Source: an uncultured Gammaproteobacteria bacterium (lineage in GTDB: Bacteria > Patescibacteriota > Patescibacteriia > UBA9629). Taken from it: DNA of 45,063 nt. Positions 41,728 to 45,063 of this stretch are shown here, in pieces. Location of the stretch: positions 5,954 through 51,016 of the forward strand of contig CAYYGX010000001.1 in the NCBI GenBank assembly GCA_964471805.1, written 5' to 3'. How positions within the stretch are numbered: position 1 is the stretch's first letter; each line of letters starts with the position of its first letter. Position numbers and translations under genes: made by a program. Below the pieces are notes generated by a model. That model saw only the letters and a list, made by a program, of their open reading frames with translations. It was not told the origin of the DNA and did not search any database.

Positions 41728-42090
41728 ATGGCTAAAAAACGAGAAGCGCAATACGGGAAAGTATATATCAAAGCAACATATAATAATACGCTGATCACAG
41801 TTACTGATCTTCTTGGCAATGCGCTTGCGTGGTCTGGCGCCGGGTTAAAAGGATTCAAAGGTCCGCGTAAAGCAACGCCTTATGCGGCAAGCGTGATTGC
41901 AAATGATATTTTACAAAAAATTAAACCTTTGAATATGAAAATGGTTGACGTGTTTGTTCAGGGTATCGGGCACGGACGCGAGTCCGCAATACGAACATTA
42001 AACAGCGGAGGGTTAAAAGTCGGATCAATACGAGACGTTACTCCTATTCCGCACAACGGTCCTCGTCAGCCAAAACCGCGGAGAGTGTAA
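41728..42090 (+). CDS. rpsK: 30S ribosomal protein S11
   Basis: ..KATYNNTLITVTD..GNALAWSGAG..GFKG.RK.TPYAA......GHGRESAIR.L...GL.V..I.DVTPIPHNG.R. Confidence 0.95.
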   Translation: MAKKREAQYGKVYIKATYNNTLITVTDLLGNALAWSGAGLKGFKGPRKATPYAASVIANDILQKIKPLNMKMVDVFVQGIGHGRESAIRTLNSGGLKVGSIRDVTPIPHNGPRQPKPRRV

Positions 42091-42095
42091 TTTAC

Positions 42096-42119
42096 AGCTT
42101 TTTAGCTTTTTAGCTTTTT
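42096..42119. repeat. tandem octamer (AGCTTTTT)x3 in the rpsK-rpoA spacer
   Basis: Counted at 42096-42103, 42104-42111 and 42112-42119. Confidence 0.85.
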
Positions 42120-42157
42120 ATGAAAACTAAAAAAGTTAAACAGCGCAAGTTTTTTCA

Positions 42158-42940
42158 ATGAATATCTCTCTTCCATCACAGATCATTATCACCCCATCCC
42201 AAAAAAATTTGGACTCTGCAAGGGTTGAAATTTACCCTTTGTATCCAGGTTACGGACATACGATCGGAAATGCGTTGCGGCGCGTCTTGTTATCTTCTCT
42301 TGAAGGAGCGGGGATAACTGCCGTGAAAATTGAAAATGCGCAACATGAATTCATGACGCTTCCGCATATTAAAGAGGAGGTTTTGGAAATAATTTTAAAC
42401 TTAAAACAATTGTGTTTGAAAATGCACACTGACGGGCCTGAAAAACTCATATTGAATGTCAAGGGGAAAAGAGATGTTTCCGCCTCTGATTTTAAGGCAA
42501 ACGCGAATGTGGAAATCATGAATAAAGATTTTCATATAGCATCTCTTACCCATAGAGACGCCGAACTCGTTATTGAAGCGGTAATTGAGAGAGGACTCGG
42601 GTTTAGCCCGATTGAAGAGCGAGAGAAAGATACTGACGTTGGCGTCATTTCCATTGATACGGTTTTCTCGCCTGTCTTATCTATAGGATACACAGTTGAA
42701 GATATCCGCGTCGGAAAGCGGACTGATTATGATAAATTAACGCTTGATATTACAACAAATGGAACCGTTAGCGTGGAACACGCCATACACGAAGCCGCAG
42801 ATATTCTTGCGCAGTACATTTCATTCATGAAAGATAAAACAGCACTGGAAATCAAAACCAAAGAGAAAGATACAGAGGACCAAGAAGCAACAATGGAAAA
42901 ACCAAAACGCAAACGCGCCTCTAAAACGAAAAAAGTTTAG
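42158..42940 (+). CDS. rpoA: DNA-directed RNA polymerase alpha subunit, N-terminal domain only plus K/E-rich tail
   Basis: ..PLYPGYGHTIGNALRRVLLSSLEGAGITAVKIE...RTDYDKLTLDITTNGTVS.E.A..EAADIL. It ends 30 aa later in ..KPKRKRASKTKKV. No ..LELSVRS.NCLK.. alpha-CTD. Confidence 0.9.
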   Translation: MNISLPSQIIITPSQKNLDSARVEIYPLYPGYGHTIGNALRRVLLSSLEGAGITAVKIENAQHEFMTLPHIKEEVLEIILNLKQLCLKMHTDGPEKLILNVKGKRDVSASDFKANANVEIMNKDFHIASLTHRDAELVIEAVIERGLGFSPIEEREKDTDVGVISIDTVFSPVLSIGYTVEDIRVGKRTDYDKLTLDITTNGTVSVEHAIHEAADILAQYISFMKDKTALEIKTKEKDTEDQEATMEKPKRKRASKTKKV

Positions 42941-42953
42941 ATTCGGATAACTT

Positions 42954-43304
42954 ATGCGCCATAGAAACAAACCAACTATTGGCTCGCCCTTGAGAAGAAG
43001 AGACAATAGCCTTTTCAAAAATTTAGCCGTTGCTTTGATTCTTCATGAAAATGTGCAGACCACTTGCTCGCGAGCGAAAATCGTGCGCGCGCGCGTTGAG
43101 CGTTTCATTACAAAAGCAAAGCAAAGCAACCTTACAGCCCGTCGCGCTCTTCTCCGATCGCTTGGACGAGAAGGAGCGGTGCGTAAATTACTGGAAGAAC
43201 TTGGGCCAAGATACAAAGAACGTAATGGCGGTTATACGCGTATTGTAAAACTGGGAGTCAGAAAAGGCGACGGAGCGGATATTTCGCAAATTTCATTTGT
43301 ATAA
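42954..43304 (+). CDS. rplQ: 50S ribosomal protein L17
   Basis: MRHRNK...L.R....R..L..NLA.ALI.HE.V.TT..RAK..R..VE..IT.AK. Confidence 0.93.
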   Translation: MRHRNKPTIGSPLRRRDNSLFKNLAVALILHENVQTTCSRAKIVRARVERFITKAKQSNLTARRALLRSLGREGAVRKLLEELGPRYKERNGGYTRIVKLGVRKGDGADISQISFV

Positions 43305-43307
43305 ACA

Positions 43308-43637
43308 ATGATTCATCTTGATGCTACAAATCAAGCTCTCGGACGGCTTGCATCTCAAATCAGCCAGTATCTTCTTGGCAAACATAAGAGCGAGTTTGTT
43401 CCTTATAAAAACGTCGGGGATAAAGTTGAAGTCGCTAATGTTGACATGATAAAAATTACAGGCAACAAACTTGCTCAAAAAGTTTATTATCACCATACGC
43501 TGTATCCTGGGCACTTGAAACAAACGCCAATGCATAAACTTTCCAAGGCAGAGATGCTAAAAAGAGCGGTTTGGAATATGTTGCCAAAAAATAAACTTCG
43601 CGAAGAACGCATGAAAAATTTTACTATTAAACTTTAA
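43308..43637 (+). CDS. rplM: 50S ribosomal protein L13 (short, 109 aa)
   Basis: ..DATNQALGRLASQISQYLLGKHK.EF.P....GD.V.V.N.D.I.ITGNK...KVYYHHT.YPG. Confidence 0.9.
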   Translation: MIHLDATNQALGRLASQISQYLLGKHKSEFVPYKNVGDKVEVANVDMIKITGNKLAQKVYYHHTLYPGHLKQTPMHKLSKAEMLKRAVWNMLPKNKLREERMKNFTIKL

Positions 43638-43638
43638 C

Positions 43639-44094
43639 ATGAGCATTGCAAAAAATCTTCCAAAACTTCAAAAAAAGAAGAAGTACGATGAAATTTTTGC
43701 AGATCGTACTTACACTCACGCGGTCGGACGGCGTAAAAACGCAACTGCGCAAGTGCGTTTGTATGAAGAAGGACGAGGGAGAATTTACGTTAACGAAAAA
43801 GAATTTCGCAAATATTTTCCGCATTTTGAAATGCAAAAAATTGTTACCCGTCCGCTTGACATTGTAAAGGAAAAACAAAATTTGGACATATCACTGAAAG
43901 TTTTGGGCGGCGGATTTCGCGGGCAAGCCGATGCGTCCTCTCTTGCAATCGCGCGCGTAATTGCTAAGTGGAAGCCGGAATATCGCGAAAAATTAGCAAA
44001 AGGCGAACTCTTAAAAACCGATGCCCGCGTCAAGGAACGCAAAAAACCAGGGCTCAAACGCGCGCGCCGCGCTCCGCAGTGGGCGAAGAGGTAG
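43639..44094 (+). CDS. rpsI: 30S ribosomal protein S9
   Basis: ..GRRKNATAQVRL.EG.G.I.VN.......F..........P........D....V.GGG..GQA.A...AIAR......P..R..L...G.L..D.R.KERKK.GLK.ARRAPQWAKR. Confidence 0.95.
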   Translation: MSIAKNLPKLQKKKKYDEIFADRTYTHAVGRRKNATAQVRLYEEGRGRIYVNEKEFRKYFPHFEMQKIVTRPLDIVKEKQNLDISLKVLGGGFRGQADASSLAIARVIAKWKPEYREKLAKGELLKTDARVKERKKPGLKRARRAPQWAKR

Positions 44095-44248
44095 TATGGA
44101 ACAAGAAAAAGAAATTCGCGGTGTGTTGATACATATCTATAACATATTACATAGATTTGTACCAACTGTGTATGATTACCCTAATCCATAAATTTAATGA
44201 ATGGTTTATATGGCTTAAATAAGCTGTATGAATTATTAAAGCCAAGTT

Positions 44249-44479
44249 ATGAAAAAAATAATTCTCGCGTTGATTTTGTTTGTCGGGTTACTTTCCTTTT
44301 CAGCTCAAGCTGAAGCGCGAACAACTGGTGTGAGAGGTTACTATAAACCATCAACCGGTCGTTATGTTGCTCCTCACTACAAGACCACGCCAAACCGAAC
44401 TAAGTTTGATAATTTTTCCACGAAAGGAAATTATAATCCATATACAGGGAAAAAGGGAAGCGTAAATCCTTATAAGTAG
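44249..44479 (+). CDS. small secreted protein (signal peptide; YxKxxGxYVxPHYxTxPxxxxxxN(F/Y)SxKGNxNPYTGKxG motif)
   Basis: MKKIILALILFVGLLSFSAQA signal, then a basic, Tyr/Pro/Gly-rich mature part. Confidence 0.6.
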   Translation: MKKIILALILFVGLLSFSAQAEARTTGVRGYYKPSTGRYVAPHYKTTPNRTKFDNFSTKGNYNPYTGKKGSVNPYK

Positions 44480-44720
44480 TAACTTGTTCTTTGGATGAAA
44501 CCTCTTATAACTTGAGAAGGTTGAGAAATGATATTGAATCGGAGCCGAGTTATTTTTATCGTGACAGGGACGATGACATCTCTTCTCGCCTAAAACAGAG
44601 TGAGTATGACACAGATGATGCATTGTCGAACATTGATGACTTTTCGTCCGAGCTTGACGATTACTAATAGGAGTTTGATGGGGAAATTTTCCTGCACATA
44701 TATGTCGTAAAAAAGTGGTT

Positions 44721-45032
44721 ATGCGACTAACACTAAAAAATATGAATAAACAAGAAATTATTTCAAAAATTGAAGACGCCCTTAAACTTAAAGAGGTATC
44801 CATTAGGAATAAAAACGCAATAGAGCAACTTATTTCAAAAATTGGTTTAGGCGAACTTTATAATATTTTTTTGGGAGTAAAGGATAAAATAGATTTTGAG
44901 CGCCAAAAACTAACTTTAGATGAAGTTTTAGAGCTTTTAGTCGCGATAGACCAACGGCTTAGCGGTTTAGAAGAAAATAAATATAGCAATAAAATTACTA
45001 TTTTACTAGATGAGGTCATCTCAAAACCCTAA
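44721..45032 (+). CDS. hypothetical helical protein
   Basis: ORF track 44715..45032 (GTG); first ATG at 44721. No family recognised. Confidence 0.4.
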   Translation: MRLTLKNMNKQEIISKIEDALKLKEVSIRNKNAIEQLISKIGLGELYNIFLGVKDKIDFERQKLTLDEVLELLVAIDQRLSGLEENKYSNKITILLDEVISKP

Positions 45033-45063
45033 TTTTCTGCTATAATACAAGCAATTAATGGGA

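Noticed and set aside
41370-41735. 121-aa ORF in an alternative + frame over rpsM
   Set aside because: It overlaps the unambiguous S13 frame and has no ribosomal or other motif.
44351-44803. 150-aa minus-strand ORF
   Set aside because: It overlaps the signal-peptide protein gene and the start of the last + strand gene, with no recognisable features or start context.

Overview
The 45 kb window is a chromosomal segment of an AT-rich, small-genome bacterium. Gene content and trimmed ribosomal and RNA polymerase proteins suggest a Patescibacteria/CPR-type organism, but that is inference only. The standard code applies: RF1 is present and TGA is used as a stop. No searches were run; every call rests on reading the ORF translations and the DNA.

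Most of the window is housekeeping.
- Minus strand, 12.5 kb down to 1: a small membrane protein, a two-gene orphan cassette, dnaE, a membrane-anchored protein, thrS, a CDP-alcohol phosphatidyltransferase, two small genes, then pyrB-[hicB-hicA]-carA-carB.
- Centre: a SEDS protein, L25, prmC-prfA, and a heat-shock cluster (CIRCE-hrcA-grpE-hsp20-dnaK-[PIN + small gene]-dnaJ).
- Next: a 549-codon ORF fusing a TagA/WecG-like domain, a NUDIX (RppH-like) domain and a DUF5674-like domain, with a canonical tRNA-Gly(CCC) embedded in frame. It is followed by a nitroreductase, tRNA-Pro(GGG), a PNPOx-like protein and an orphan histidine kinase.
- Then gltX, an M23 peptidase, trxB, an AbiEii-type toxin pair, pduL-ackA and recJ.
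- Finally a 1560-aa secreted beta-propeller/lipase giant protein and infA-rpmJ-rpsM-rpsK-rpoA-rplQ-rplM-rpsI.

Things worth a second look:
1. The sense-strand tRNA-Gly interrupts a NUDIX fold inside a stop-free three-domain ORF.
2. carA carries five 7-nt tandem arrays at loop positions and a 1-nt frameshift that removes its catalytic HPE block. It sits behind a hicBA cassette with its own terminator.
3. Short double-hairpin and GC-hairpin elements with flanking direct repeats occur both between genes and in frame inside carA and carB.
4. A Shine-Dalgarno-equipped 26-aa hydrophobic peptide gene lies antisense in the dnaK-dnaJ spacer. It is flanked by terminator-like hairpins and a long structured dnaJ leader.
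5. The giant surface protein has an intact Ser-Asp-His lipase domain.
6. rpoA lacks the alpha C-terminal domain.

No CRISPR array, rRNA, transposase or integrase was seen.
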